64,000 nt of DNA from Geosiphon pyriformis uo1 (GCA_016748015.1 JAAOMT010000071.1:1-64000); one strand, 5' to 3'; positions 1-14,260 are shown, numbered from the stretch's first letter. Made by a program: numbers and translations. Notes: generated from the letters alone by a model not told the origin.

Positions 1-308
1 CCACTTCATGTTTTATCCTAGATTCATTCTCCCCCAACTATTATTCAATGTATCGTTTGCCTTTTGAAAATGCAGAAATTTAATAATTTTTTTTGAATCC
101 TGAATCCTGAATCCCAAAATAAATTAGACCCTGGGATTTCCCGATGTCAATAAAATAATAATAAGACGCCCAACTCAACAATCATAGCTTTTTTTCAATC
201 GTTTTCTGAATAAATAGTCAGTTTTAACGTCGATTCTTTAGGATCTTTTGATCGGTTCTAATATTAAACCTTGAGAAGTTGCAACAGTTACTTTTATTTT
301 AATCAAAA

Positions 309-2520
309 ATGTCGGCAGAAGAACGGGACGATATTTTATCACCTATAGATATCCCTGCCTCTCATTCGCTTAGACGAAGAGGATTGGGGAGAACTAATGG
401 TGGCCTAGCGTCCAGTATTTCGAACCTTGGTAATACTCTGCAATCATGGACGGGAAATTACAGCCATACTGTCAGGTGAATATTCGGCGTTAAGCAACGT
501 TGTTAATCCTAATGCCAGGGGAGTTTAACCCTTTGTTTTCCAATTTTTTCTTCCTTAGTACCTACATTTCCAACAATATTTCGGTACCTGCCTCGTTAGT
601 AGCAGAATCCGTTCTTCAAAATGAAGACTTTGGACAACCTGGCTTCGGACAAGACTCGAGTCACGTATCCTACCAAGGCCACCCTCAACACATACCCTAT
701 ATGTCGCCACCTATTAGTATTCCGCGTGGTTTCTATGGTTCTCTATTGTCGCCAATAAGTGGTAGTCCTCAAAATTCGGAATATGGCACCCCTTCTTACT
801 TCTCCGGTCACACCGTAGGTCACAAGTTCATCGATGAGACTGTCCCGCTCACTAGAACTCTAACCAAGTACGTGTGACCTCAACATCTCAATTACGGTAT
901 CCTCAACATCTCAATTACGGTATCATCATCATCCTAACCACCCATGATCCTTCCCAAATTAGAGCTTCACTTGCATCGATACCAGTATCGGTGGTACAAG
1001 ATATCCATGGTATATCAGTTCACATTGGATCAACATTTCGCCAATCGATTTTCAATTCTTGTAACATTTTGATCGGGATCGGCATTCTCGCCTTACCATT
1101 GGGTTTCCGGTTTGCCGGTTGGGCGATCGGATTGTCACTTTTCGCGTTTTGTCTAGTTGTTACCAATTACACAGCGAAGGTTTTGGCAAAATGTTTAGAT
1201 TACGATGAAGGACTTCACACCTATGCTGACATGGGTTGGTATATATTAAGAGAACGATGGATTTTTCAAAATAATCTTAGCTAAAAAAATTCTCTTTAAT
1301 CAACAAAGGTGCTATCGCTTATGGGGAGGGCGCGCGACTTTTCATCTCTTGTTTATTTTCTTTGGAACTGATTGCTTCTTCAACAGCTTTGATAATTTTA
1401 GTCGGTGACTCTCTTGAAACGATATATCCAGATGTTTCTATTATTACATTAAAAGTCATCGGATGGATAGTGATGACCCCATTGACCTTCATGGCTATTC
1501 GATACCTGTCCTATTTTTCTTTACTGGGCATCTTCTCTGCTTTCACATTGGTCAGCGTCATGATCTATGATGGTTTGACAAAACTTGAGAAACCCGGTAG
1601 TTTAATTGACCCTGAAGAAACGCAATTACTGCCACCATCTTGGACAACCCTCCCAATGAGTTTTGGATTGATTATGGCCGGTTTTACAGGTAAAAATTAG
1701 GGAAACCTTTCAAGGGTTTAAATGGATGATTTTTTGGTTCTTTGTAAACTGCTTGCTTCGTGGCCAGATAATGGATTTTATCAAGAAATTATTGTTTTCT
1801 ATATTGACCTTAGAATCTTGTTTTCTTAAATAGGACACGCTGTTTTTCCAACAGTTTATCGGGATATGGACAACCCAAAAGAATATCCGAGGATGGTCAA
1901 TTTAACGTATGCTATGACTACCACCGTATATTTGGTGATGGCCGTTGGTGGTTATCTAATGTTTGGGAATGAGACATTGCAAGAGGTGAGAAAATTATTT
2001 GGCAATTCTATTTTTTGCTCAAGTAAGACTAATTTTGATGATTCCGTTATAGATAACTCAAAATATAATGATGACAAAGGGCTACAACGTTTTTCTTAAC
2101 CAAATTGTGATTTGGTTGGTGGCCATCAACCCTATAGCCAAATACGCCCTCACCTTAAATCCGATAAATCTCACCCTTGAAATATATTACAGTTCGGTTG
2201 CTGCTGTCGAAAATTGGGCTCATCGGGGTCGTGGCCGACGAACGGGTCTCATTTTTTTCTCACGGTTTTTGATTTCCACAATAGTATTGATCATCGCCAT
2301 CCAGTTTCCCGGATTCGATCGCGTGATGGGCGTTTTAGGGTCATTTTTCTCATTCACTATTTCGGCTATTTTCCCATGCTGCTGTCATTTGAGACTTTAT
2401 GGTCGGGAATTGTCGAAAAAAGAGAAGCTACTCAATTGGGGGATTATTATTATTTGTACAGTATTGGCTACGTTCGGAACAATATGGGCTTTTTTACCGA
2501 GAACAGACCTGGGATTATAA
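309..2520 (+). CDS. AVT1: Vacuolar amino acid transporter (Aa_trans/AVT1-like), 6 exons
   Basis: Exons about 309-475, 559-867, 963-1234, 1309-1689, 1834-1985 and 2053-2520 join in frame at GT-AG sites. Motifs STFRQSIFNSCNILIGIGILALP, GF(T)GHAVFP and AINPIAKYALTLNP; many TM segments. Confidence 0.88.
878..923. repeat. 23-bp perfect tandem duplication inside AVT1 intron 2
   Basis: cctcaacatctcaattacggtat occurs twice (878-900 and 901-923). Confidence 0.95.
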
Positions 2521-4555
2521 TCGTGGCAATGCTTTCATGAGATTACATTTACAGCTGAGAAATGATATAAAAAACCGATTGGAGACTCAAACAGTGATGG
2601 ATGAGTACAAACATTGTTGAAGTGTCTCGGTGAGATGTCTTAATTTCTTATTTTTGGCATCTATAAGACTTCTCGATATTTAAATAGCGTAGATATTATG
2701 CCTCAAAAAATTACCCATTTCGATGGAAAATTTTTTCGAAATCAACATTCGGCATCTATATATGTATCTTTATTATTACATTTTTTAGTATCCTTTACTA
2801 AATGTCCCATAAAATTGAACAATCGAAAAATTGCACGATTAGTGCTGGCTCGAATATGTTTCTAACATATTAAGATGATAACCATGAATGATAATGGCAT
2901 TTAAAAATATTCTTGGCATTCAATACTAGTTTGATGTGTCGATGTAATATAGGATAGAATCAATCAATAAAATAGCCGGAGCCATGAAATATCAAGATAG
3001 AATTAGTATTTACATTAAATTGATGGAGAAAAGTATCTTTGAAGAAAAAAATACTCCAAATCAATTGGATCGATTTGAGTTGAAAATAAATTTTTCATAA
3101 CCAGAAATGTGGATTATTAAAAGCTGATATAATAATAATTTTTAATAATTTAAGTAATTTATTACCAAATTTTATTTATAAGTCTTAATAAAAAATACAC
3201 CAAATCACAAAATAAATTATCAAACCAGATAATTTTACAATTTTACAGTTAAAATATATTAGTTTAACAATTTTATAAAATTTTATAAAATTCAAGAATA
3301 ATTGCAAATAAATTTGGTAATAATAATAATACTAAATTTTATTTTCAACTTTAATATTAATTTTAAAATAGGTTTTATTAATTATTTTATGGTTATTGCA
3401 ATTTATTGTTATATTATTATTTCAATAAAATAAAATATAATTTTATAATCATAAATAATAGAAAAAACATATATACACATATATAATAATATTTATAAGG
3501 AAAATAATGTTCAATATCGTTATTAAAAATACAAAATTATAATAATGAATATTTGGGCTTATAAAATTTTAAAGTATTTTAATCTGAATAAATGTTTTAA
3601 TAAATTGAAAAAAAATAGTTTTATCACATTACATATATTTTTTCATAATTCTTAAAAAATGATAAAAGAATTTATTCTAATATTCTTATATCTGTATTTT
3701 TGATCCAGGCCTTTTAAATATTTCTTAAGCAAAATTATAACCAAAATTACTCAAATTATCAAAAAAGCTTATTGTGTACCCAATACTTACTGTTTTTTTA
3801 CTTGCTTTACTAATAACAAAATTCTCTCAAATTTGTCATTTCATATTGTACCATAGCTCAGAATTTTGACTTTTGGATGTCAAAATAGATATTTGATTTA
3901 TCTTGACGTGGTTCATTAGACTATCCTCAAGGCCTCGGGATCTATTTCCATTCATGGTTCAATTTTTCTGAACTGGGGAAAATGATCTTAGGGGTAAAGT
4001 TGAAAAAACAAATCAGTGTGTCATACTAAAGACTACGAGGCATGATATTGGACACTAATCATTTAAATTTCAATCAACCCCTGTCATATTAGTCACTTAT
4101 ATATGTTAGGTTTCCATCAGGATTGTATAAAAATTATTGATTCTGAGTCTGTAACTACATCCTAAAGTTCTAAAAAGCTTCAGGGCCTCAAAAAAAGGGG
4201 TAAGGTTTTAAATGTCTGTCAGTTATCAAGTGTGATGAAATAGTGCAATTAAATTATCTTCCTCTCTCAATTTATGCTACAGGGATAAAATGAAATGTCA
4301 AAATCACAGTCAACACATAAGAAAGGATCGATTTGATAATTTGATATATTAAGTGATTATAAATTTGTCGATTGAGAACAAGGGGACCCGAGTATAAAGC
4401 AAGCTAGCCAAGAAACAGTTAAAAAATATAATTATTCTTTCATCTTGACTTCCAAATTCTTGTCACTCTTTTTCTAAACCTGTTTTTGAAAATCTCTCAT
4501 TCTCTTATTTTTATCTTCGCCATAGGCTTTTTACTACTTGATTGAAAAAAAAGGA

Positions 4556-5892
4556 ATGTATTCTAACCGGGGGATTAATTACACTATTAAAGGCTTTCCA
4601 AAAATTCGTTCGGGTAATAATTCTTCAGGTAATTGGACTTGGTAATTAATGTTTCATTGAAACGAAATACCGTGAAATGGCCGGCGTTTATCTTTTTCTG
4701 GGCACTGGAAGTTATTAATTTGGTTTTACTAAATTAAATCTCGTAATATTCAATTCTTTGAAATAAACATAGCAAAGACATCAACTGAGACGAATCTTCA
4801 TATTGATAGCTACTTTGAGCCACAATGGGATGAAACGTCCATCTCGACAAACACCTCGACTCAATCCGATTTCATAAACCTGAGTCGAGATGCTTGGGTC
4901 GCTAATCAACCAAGCCAAAGGCCACAATCCCAAGAATTGATGAGGTCAAATGGAGAATGTCTTCGTATTGAAATCAAAAACATTACAATCAAACCTTCGG
5001 GATTTACCATGGATACCTATGTTGACATCAAACTTGTGTTAATTTTGTTTATTGAGGAGCACATATTATGTATTTGTTTCAACGAACAGAAAGATAAGCT
5101 GTACATCCACTTGGATGCTATTCACACGATCAAGTACTCTGGATATATGGAACTTGAAATATTTGTTAAAGAGCCATTTAGAAGGACGGTAGGGTAGAGG
5201 GTTATAACTGTTCATTTCTTCGAAACATGAGAATTCTCATTAAGGGACTTAAAAATATTGCAATTGTGTCTTATTAGTATTTCGATGGGAATAAAATGGT
5301 TGAACGTGATTCAACAAATGTTTTGTTTGACGGTGCTACTTCGATCAGTTTCACCCCTGCTAAATATATCAATATTAAAGCATTGGAACGAATGGGAAAT
5401 GAATTTAAAAAATATCTGAGCATCAAATTCCTCATACAACACCAGGTAACTTTCCGAAAAAATTGCTTCAAGATTCTTTTAATACGTAAAAATATAGGTC
5501 CTATCACTTTTAATCTAAGTATTTATAAATTATAAGGGGAAATATTGCAACATTCGAGGTCCAATTAATGACAAAATAGATCAATATGAGGTAGATCTTT
5601 TTTTTATCTCGAAACTTCATTATTTAATCTCACTATGTCAAATTAGCTTTGCGTTATGATTGACCTCGGAGTTGAAAAATACGAAATTGCGATGCCACTC
5701 CACATTTCATTTACGGAAGCCAAAAAGTGGATTGAACGGGTCAGTCAACTTCCCCTTGAAGGAAGTGGTTTATTTTATCGTGATATAAATGGAAAGGATA
5801 TGACCTTGATGGACAATTATGACTGGAAAATTGCTAAACGAGAGTTGTACAAACATGATAAACGAGAAATTTATATTGGATTTGGGATTTGA
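4556..5892 (+). CDS. Multi-exon hypothetical protein with a C-terminal PB1-like domain
   Basis: ATG 4556, then an intron leading into the 4937 ORF frame, then ORFs 5296 and 5656. The C-terminus LFYRDINGKDMTLMDNYDWKIA resembles the PB1 OPCA motif. Confidence 0.55.
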
Positions 5893-6229
5893 TTGAGATA
5901 AATTTGGCGTTCAAAGGTTTTTATGAGAATTTAAACATATAAACTGGGTAGCAATTTTCTTGTATCTGAAACGTGCATAAGAAACGCGCACTTTGAACGA
6001 ACTTATTGTTGATTTTCTCATTTGTTCATTTTTCAATAATCGATAATTGTCTCACAATCATAATCAAACTTATAGCTAAATTTTAATAAAATTTCTCCAA
6101 GTGGGTAAGGTGACTCTTGTGAGCCAATCTAAGTGAAAGTGGCTCTTCTTTAGGGTCTTAAAAACTTTGACCGATTTGTGGTAAAACATAAACGGGTCTA
6201 TTTGTATTTGGCTTATAAATAAAGAATGG

Positions 6230-7380
6230 ATATATAGAAGCTTTAATCAATTCATACTTTGAGCTTTGCAGGATGAACTAGGGCAAGAAACTTGCCATTA
6301 ATCAATAGGCTCCTAAAAGAGAAGGTTTACAAATTGTAGCGCTGCAGAGTAAATGCCTATCAATAAACTACTTATTAATCTACGATATCTTTTCCCTATT
6401 GCCTGAACTACCCAAAATGCCACCATCATTATCTCCGTTACCAAGAAGTATTGCCTCTACACCCATGTCTCTAACGCCAAGCAAAAAAAGGATCTCAGAT
6501 AAAAGTGGTTCCTCTCTTGATTTCTAAACTACAATCTTTTCACCGATATCGGCTCAGATGTCAGCCGAGACATAAGGCCCTTTTGGAATGAGCAATTCAT
6601 GATTACCTCTGTCGCTTTGCCTTCGATCTTCTCCTTTCATTCTGTAAAATCAGTAGTTCTATTTGACGATGAAAATACCCAATGAGTAAGAACTTTTCCA
6701 AGGTATTCTTACCATTAATGCTGTCTTGATTTGCAGAATCTAAAAATGGCCAGCAGAAAAGTGCACGAAAAAAAGCAAAAAGTGTAAGACAAAAACCAGG
6801 AAGCAGCTCTTAAAGCGATATAGAAACAATAAGTAGCCTTATCCACACAAAATTAGATCTGACGACAAAATTACAGATTCTCGATGAGACCCAAAGACAA
6901 TTCCCCGAAATCTAAGCAGACAGCAGTCTTGGTTGATCCTGGTGTTTGCACACCCTTGATTTGGTATTCTTCCCTTTAATTACATGGGTAAGATAGGCTT
7001 CTGTGACATCGTACAAATTGTTTGCCTGTATACATATATAAACGCTCCTTATTTCAAAAAAAGTCAAACTGGCTGTCTCTACTTCAAAATGCAAGAAGCG
7101 GAATTATGTTCTTTACCTTGCAGAATTTACGCAAATCTTTATCTCGCCATTTGAGATGTCAGACATGACAAATCGTAGGTCGAGAAAAAACTACATGAAA
7201 GACTGTTTGGAAAACGTTCTTTGTGCACATTACCGTTTCCGCCAACTTCTGATCGCCAAGGCCGAGGCGCTAAAAGTCATTGTTGTTATCCAAAATGAAA
7301 CTTATATATCCAAGACTAGCTGCTGTGATAAGATAAAAACATCAGGGGGTTCAAAGTGTACAATTGCTGGAATTACTCAG
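6230..7380 (+). mobile_element. tnpB: Degenerate IS607-type element with a Fanzor2/TnpB remnant
   Basis: Fragments DIRPFWNEQ (6570), VLVDPGV (RuvC-I-like, about 6925), PFEMSDMTNRRSRK and HYRFRQLLIAKAE..VIVVIQNETYISKTSCC..KIKTSGGSK (7146-7355). Upstream ALQDELG / REGLQIVAL may be TnpA remnants. Many deletions and frameshifts. Confidence 0.75.
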
Positions 7381-8691
7381 GGGATGAACTTGATCCTCTT
7401 CAAAGGATTATGCAGAAAATAGTGCTACAATCCATCCAAAACTTTACAAAGGTGAAAAATCATTTTCCTTAAATTCAGAAATTAAGTGAGCCTATTTACA
7501 TTAAATAATGTTCTCATTGTTTTTATTTTAGATTGGCTCAAGAGCTCTAAATTTTATTTCACGTTTTTAATTTGATAATTTTTGGAAGTTTTATACCAAA
7601 TTTTTAAAGAGGTTGTGCAATTCATTGAAATGCAACTTTTCGTTCAAATTTTTAAAAGTTTAAATACTTAAAAAATGCATAATGCGTAATTATACAAAAA
7701 ATTGAAAACCATATAACAAGCCTCTAAATATGTTTTGTATTTATAGGAAATTTGTAAATTTAAATTCGAGCATAAATGTAATAAATTTTTTTATAAAAAT
7801 AACAAAATCTTGAAGTAAAATTAGAATTTCATTAGCAGTACAAAAAGACCATTTTTACAACAAAGCAAAATATTAAAAAAATCAAACTTCTATAATTTTG
7901 CAACTTAGTCAGTGTTATTCTTAATTCTTACACCTTTACAATTAATTATGTCAGTTATTTAAATAAGTTATATTATCAAAAAAAAGCGAAAGTTTTAAAA
8001 CTCTTTAAATTCATTAAATCTAATGCAAACTATTTGGGTTTAGCTGTAATTTTCAGACCTAAATCATGGGAATTTCTCACCTTTATATTAATCCTTTTTT
8101 TATGAGAGCAAAGAATTTTGAAATTGAAGCCTTTCATATGATGTCTGATTCAAATTTATTGCCAATATAGAATATGCAAAAGCTGCCGCTTTCTTTTTCG
8201 TTATAAAATGACAAATGGATTTTTGCAGTATAAAGGAGTTATTTCTTTCGATTTTAAAATTCAAATAGTTTGTTAAAGGCTCAAATTGCAATATTATCAA
8301 AATTATAAGATGGAAAATAAATTTTTTCACGGAAATATCCATTTTTGGATGCTTTTTAGTCAGAAGACTTGGTTTTAATTTCTAATGGCCAATTCTGAAT
8401 CTTGATACCTTGTAGAGAAAGATTATTATTGACAGAATTAAGTAATTCTTCAATTGAGTGAAGGAATGAGCTACCGAGTTTTAATTACTTTGGTAGCACA
8501 AGTAAAACGACTAGGTAATTTACAGTGTTGTAGGTCTGGTGGTGGGTGATACGATCATGATTTCCTGCTTTTATTATACATGTATACATTTGAATTATAA
8601 ACAATCACTTTAAATTTCTATTCCTCTACTTCAAACTGATATTTCACTCTAAAAAATTTCCAAGCTTTTTTGTTATTTTTCTTGACATCAT

Positions 8692-9492
8692 ATGAATCAA
8701 AACAAGAGCACAATTAATAATGTGCCTAATAATTTGCAAGATGATGGAGAACAATTCTACGTATCTGAACTTTTAGAAATTTTCAATGTTGGCAACGAAT
8801 TTTGTGAGGATGACAAGGATATTTTAAGGAAAACAACCGAATTCCTCAAAGAACATAGCTACCATCCTATATTATTATTTCAATATGTCTATGAACATCG
8901 AGATTCAACGGAATATTATTGCTTATTGGGATTTTTATATAAATGGGGTCTCGGAACTGGAATCGATATTGAACAGTCATTTTTTTGGTATAAACAAGCC
9001 GCTGAAAACGGTGACAGGTTAGGCCAAAATGAAGTCGGTTCATGTTATTCACAAGGGATTGGTGTATCCCAAGATAAAACAGCTGCAGTAGACTGGTATC
9101 GAAAATCGGCAGAAGGTGGTCACCCTCAAGGACAATTTAATCTAGCAATTTGTTTAGCTCATGGGAATGGAGTGGGTGAGAATTGGGAACAAGCAGCGTA
9201 TTGGTATAGTGAGGCTGCAGAAGCTGGTTTTGTTGATGCACTGGATCAACTTGGATATTGTTATTCATTTGGAAAAGGTGTGAAGCAAGATAAACGACGT
9301 GGCTTTGATTATTATCGAAGGGCAGCCGAGCAAGGTCATGTTGATGGACAATATAGTGTCGCTGTATGCTTTGAAGAAGGGCAGAGTGTTGTCCGAGATG
9401 TTCATGAGGCCATTAAGTGGTATCGAAAATCAGCAGAAAATAAGTATATGTACGCTTCATACAGATTGAGTTGGCTATTTGAGCATGATTAA
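8692..9492 (+). CDS. Sel1-like repeat protein (intronless, 266 aa)
   Basis: Repeated LGxCYxxGxGVxxDxxxAxxWYxxAAExG units. Confidence 0.93.
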   Translation: MNQNKSTINNVPNNLQDDGEQFYVSELLEIFNVGNEFCEDDKDILRKTTEFLKEHSYHPILLFQYVYEHRDSTEYYCLLGFLYKWGLGTGIDIEQSFFWYKQAAENGDRLGQNEVGSCYSQGIGVSQDKTAAVDWYRKSAEGGHPQGQFNLAICLAHGNGVGENWEQAAYWYSEAAEAGFVDALDQLGYCYSFGKGVKQDKRRGFDYYRRAAEQGHVDGQYSVAVCFEEGQSVVRDVHEAIKWYRKSAENKYMYASYRLSWLFEHD

Positions 9493-10154
9493 TCCAAACC
9501 TCTGTTTAATTGAAAAATTTCGCAAAAGCACATTGATTGAAAATTAAGAGATACTCTAAATTTGAAAAAGGGTTCTGTTATTGAACAGCTTGAATATTTA
9601 ATATATTAGATTTCTTTTAATGCATCATAAAAAATAGATGAATTTTTTATTTGATAACATTGGGAAAGTTCCTTTCAGATAATTTTGTAAAAACTAATAT
9701 TCAGAAAAAACAAATCACGTTTAACAAATAAATAACCTCAGAACCTAAGGGTTGGAATTTTGGATTAGATACTTTTCTATTCTATTAATAATCTCGCCTC
9801 AATAAAATTAAAATGAGCTTTAAATCTGGGATGGTGTATTTTGACTGAAAATTTGAAATTAAATTTTCATCCCTTGTGCAGTGTTTTTAGAATGTCTAGA
9901 GTAAATAAAAATGAGGAGGTCGAACCTATTTTAGGAAGAACCAAACTATCCTGATCAGTCCATTTTCCATTGTTTCACCGGAATTACCATACAATATTGC
10001 ACCAATAGCAATAAACAAATGAAATCGGTTGCCACACACACCTATGATAGCCCATTTCATTATTGACGCTGTGTTTGGTGTGATTAGAAGCTGACTCGGA
10101 TTTTTTAATTCTTCTCCCGTCAGTTTTTCATCATCAAATTTTATACTTGTTATA

Positions 10155-10991
10155 ATGGCAACTTTCGAGTACAAGCCCACCAAAACTCTTTACCGCTTTT
10201 TTGTTGAAACTGACGAAGAATTATTAATAACTGCCGCCGAAGAACTACTTGAATTATTCGACTCATGGAATCGACAATGGAGGTTAGAGGATGAAATAAT
10301 TAATGAGGTGGAAAACTGGTTGACAACAAATAAACATGATGCCACAGATATTTTTCAGACAATATATCAACAACAAGATGTTCACAAATTCTGGTCGTTA
10401 CTTGGGTTTCTGTATCGACGAGGAATCGGGACAAAAGTTAATGAAGACCAAGCGTTTCATTTCTACAAATTGGCAGCCCAAAATGGAGATGCAATAGCTC
10501 AAAATGAAGTTGGTGTATGTTATCATGAAGGAATTGGAGTGAATTTGAGTCGTGAAGAGGCTTTCAAGTGGTATCGGGTTTCTGCCGAAGCTGGTAATGC
10601 CTTTGGATTGTCGAATATGGCATATTGCTATGAGAAATCGATAGGCACGCAAAAGGATAGTTCACGAGCGTTCATAAATTTTGAAAAAGCCGCCTGCATG
10701 GGATATTCAGTTGCGAAGAATGACCTTGGTCATTGCTATTTCCATGGAATTGGCACCAAGAAAAATCAACAAAAAGGATTTTGGTGGTATCATGATGCGG
10801 CTGAATCAAATCCCAATCATGTTGCAGCACAAGAGAATGTAGCATATTGTAAAGAATTGGGCTATGGAACAGAACGAGATGTTCACGAAGCTATAAAATA
10901 TTGTCTACGAGCCAAGTTACTTCTAAAACCGAGGATGTTTACCTTCCAAATGATCGCCACGATATTTCAGCCAGTAGTTCAAGCAATTTAA
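10155..10991 (+). CDS. Sel1-like repeat protein (intronless, 278 aa)
   Basis: About 5 Sel1 repeats; tandem paralog of the 8692 gene (shared LLGFLY..GxGT, QNEVG and RDVHEAIK). Confidence 0.93.
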   Translation: MATFEYKPTKTLYRFFVETDEELLITAAEELLELFDSWNRQWRLEDEIINEVENWLTTNKHDATDIFQTIYQQQDVHKFWSLLGFLYRRGIGTKVNEDQAFHFYKLAAQNGDAIAQNEVGVCYHEGIGVNLSREEAFKWYRVSAEAGNAFGLSNMAYCYEKSIGTQKDSSRAFINFEKAACMGYSVAKNDLGHCYFHGIGTKKNQQKGFWWYHDAAESNPNHVAAQENVAYCKELGYGTERDVHEAIKYCLRAKLLLKPRMFTFQMIATIFQPVVQAI

Positions 10992-12422
10992 AAATTTTCG
11001 GTGATGGGCAAGGACAAAAACTTTTACTTTTTCTCGATTGTCTTCAAATTATATTTGAAGTTTTGATTAATCTTTTGATGAAGATAGCATTTATAACATC
11101 TAAAATCACTCAAGAAAACGTATAAACTGCGTTTTAAGGACTTTTTTGTTAGTTTCTCACTTTTTTAAAGCATTCCAATAAAAATCATTCCTCCAATTTT
11201 CTAAATGTAGTACCCAAACTTGAAATTGATACGATCCTTGAAAGCTGAAATCACTATTTACATATCGTTTATTGTATTTACTAAAACGGGTTTTTTTCGA
11301 TTCATGTGAAGTTTTTTAAGTTGGATTGATCCCAAAAAAGTTTTAAAATTCCTTTCTAGGACACAAGATCAAACAATTTAGGTAAGTATTTCTGATTTGA
11401 TTGCTATTTTAAGAGCACTTTACTATTTAATTTATTCATATTTCATCGCTTTTTTATTCCAAATAAGTATTTTTCATGAGATTAAACTCTCACCCTAAAA
11501 TTAATGAATACAAACTTTTTTGAGATCAAGGTATTTTTGAAATTTACTTACAAATGAATCTTTAAGTTCATAATTTTTTAAATACAATAAAGATTAATTA
11601 TACTTTTTAGTTATTTTAATTGTATCTAATTAAGCAATTTTTTAAAAGTTTAAAATCTTGAAAATGAACAGGCAAGAACTATTTATAAATAGATTTTATA
11701 ACGATCTGTTAAAATTGTCAATTTGTTTAATTATTCAAATATATTTATCGCTTCAAGTAGATTTTTGTATATATATCGTTAAAATAAATTATAGGGTTTC
11801 AAAATATCCCATTGTTAAAAGCAAAAATACAATATTATAAAAAACTCATTAATTTGTATATCTTCTATGCTATAATGTTAGGATAAATACTTGATGTAGG
11901 CATTAGAAAAGGAAAGATCTAGAAATACTTTTTACGAATTCTCATAATCTCAGGTGATTAAATTGATGGCAAATATAATTAGATTCGATTTTTTACCTGT
12001 CTCATTTATGAAACTTAAAAATGATGGAAATTTGTCAGCACAAAAGTGTTCTTAAATACCAGTCTGATTCAGTGATTGAGTTGTTTTTTTATTAATTTTA
12101 TTTCTATGCATTGTCATCCTGGTTGGCTGAAAAATATTATTACCATATCAGAGAATTTTACTGACATAAATATTTTGATTTAGAGAATTTTTCCTGCTTA
12201 TGAACTTACTAAGGCTATTCTGGGCCAGACTATGCTTTCAACTTCGCGCCTATAGAAAGTAAAACCCAATAATTATCACAGCTTCTTATCAACGAGTCTG
12301 ACTGGAAAACAACAAGTTTGTCTTACTAAAACGATTAACCTTAATTTTTAAAAGGATTTTGGAATCATATCTTCTATCAAGAAATATTTACGCTTTTTGC
12401 ATGAGTCTAGAAGTAATTTCAT

Positions 12423-13636
12423 ATGCCACGCAAAATTAAAAAAGCGAAAAATCTCGCTAATAATAAAGATGTCAACATGCAAATTTCCGAGGTCACAGAG
12501 ACTGCGGCATTATCAGCTGTAAAAAGTCTTTTCGTCACAATTGCCCCGAAATTTTTATCGAGGTCTGCAAATATCTGCCTATCAAAGATCTTCTCGCCTT
12601 GAGGAGAGTTTGTCAATTATTCGCTGAGTATCTGAACACTGACACTTCTAATTCTACGGAGCTTATCTGGCGTCAAGCTCGACAAACTTACTTGCCAACC
12701 TTTATCCTAGGACTACCAGATAGAATGAGTGAAAGAGAATATTGTGAATTTATTGTTGGCGTAAAGTGTCAGAATTGTAATGGTGGTTCTAACCGTGGCC
12801 ATAATGCTGTCCGACATTCTTTTCAGTTCATGGTGCGCTTTTATAAACATTGTTTCATTGAAAATAAAATAAGGTATTTGAAAAATTAAATTAATTCTGT
12901 TTTTCATTTAGGTGGCAATTAAAAGACTTTTAAATTAAATTACTCAAAGATATGCCAATTTACTTTTAAAGTCTTTGGCCTTTAGATAATTGTCAACTCT
13001 GAAAAATTTTAATTGTTTTTACCAATATCATTCTAGTTTATACTAATTCAAAAGTCTTTTCGATTATTGAATTTATTAAAAAGTGGAACCAACACGATGT
13101 TTTTAAAGTTTCAAGCAAAATACAATTTAGATTACCCCAAATATCTTAAGTTACTCCAATTTCTACTATCTGAACGAACACCCAAGAACCACGGCACAGA
13201 ATATTTCCGACCACGAGCTATTGCTTTAATGGCCAAGTATAAAAATTTCAGTAACAAAAGTCGAAAGCAAAATCGCCTGATCAAAAAATATCGTCGTTAT
13301 AAGGAGAAAATAGTGACTGAGGGACCAATTGGTCAACTTAGTTTTATGAATAAGGTTCAAACTGAACGTGAGGAGAAAGAAAAATTGAAGCGTAAAAGGA
13401 AAGAAAAAATTGAGGAGTATATTTCAGACCTCCTGAAAGAGACGGCAGAGGATAGGTCACTTAAATGGAATATTCAACAGATTGAAAGCCACTGCAAAGC
13501 GCTGAACAGAGCTCGGAATTCAAATGCCACACATGAATTTACACCACGCGCATGGACCATCTTAAGGCATAAAATTGAAGCAGAGTATCCAAAAAATCAA
13601 CCTTTGAAAATAATTCTTTTCATTCTTACAAGATAA
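12423..13636 (+). pseudogene. F-box protein, frameshifted near its 5' end
   Basis: The F-box PEIFIEVCKYLPIKDLLALRRVCQLF is out of frame with ATG 12423; adding one C to the C4 run at 12544-12547 restores it. Downstream IWRQAR..LPDRMSEREYC..CQNC and ORF 13067-13636. Confidence 0.6.
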
Positions 13637-14225
13637 ACATCTTTGATCTTTACATTTTATGAATTTGCATTGCTTCACTAAGTTGCTAATAGCGGAAAAG
13701 CTTTTAAGAAATCTTTTGTTATTAAAAAGGTTGAACCCCCACAAATAAAATCAAGCTCACTTAATCTCGCATTTTAAACAATTTAAAATGACTAATTTAA
13801 TATTTATTTTGAAGTTCCTGCATTCCTTCATTTCTTAATTTTCACCATAATTGAAACTTCAAAACTTTCAACAAATTTAAGAAATCAAACAGTCGTTGAT
13901 TAGCTTTTCTGTTTATCAAAAAGTTAACTATTGTTATTTTTAATAAATTTTTTAAAATAATTGATAAGTTTAATATTAAATAATTATATTAAACACCATT
14001 AATTTGATTATTAACATTGACTTTTAATTTATTTTGAGACATTTTTAAAGCATTAACAAAAAATATTTATCAAAAAAATATCTTGGCTATATCTTTTTTT
14101 TGAATTAGTATTTAATATAATTAAAAAATGTAAAATATAATCAAAAAATAAATAGTACAAATATTATATCAAATCTTTTGATTTAAAATTTTAAAATCAT
14201 GCTAATTTTTTTTTGTTAGACCGCC

Positions 14226-14226
<1 letters not shown>

Positions 14227-14260
<34 letters not shown>

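Noticed and set aside
860-965. Apparent frameshift between ORFs 500-877 and 874-1284
   Set aside because: Explained by a GT-AG intron (868-962) with a ctaac branch site that contains the 23-bp duplication.
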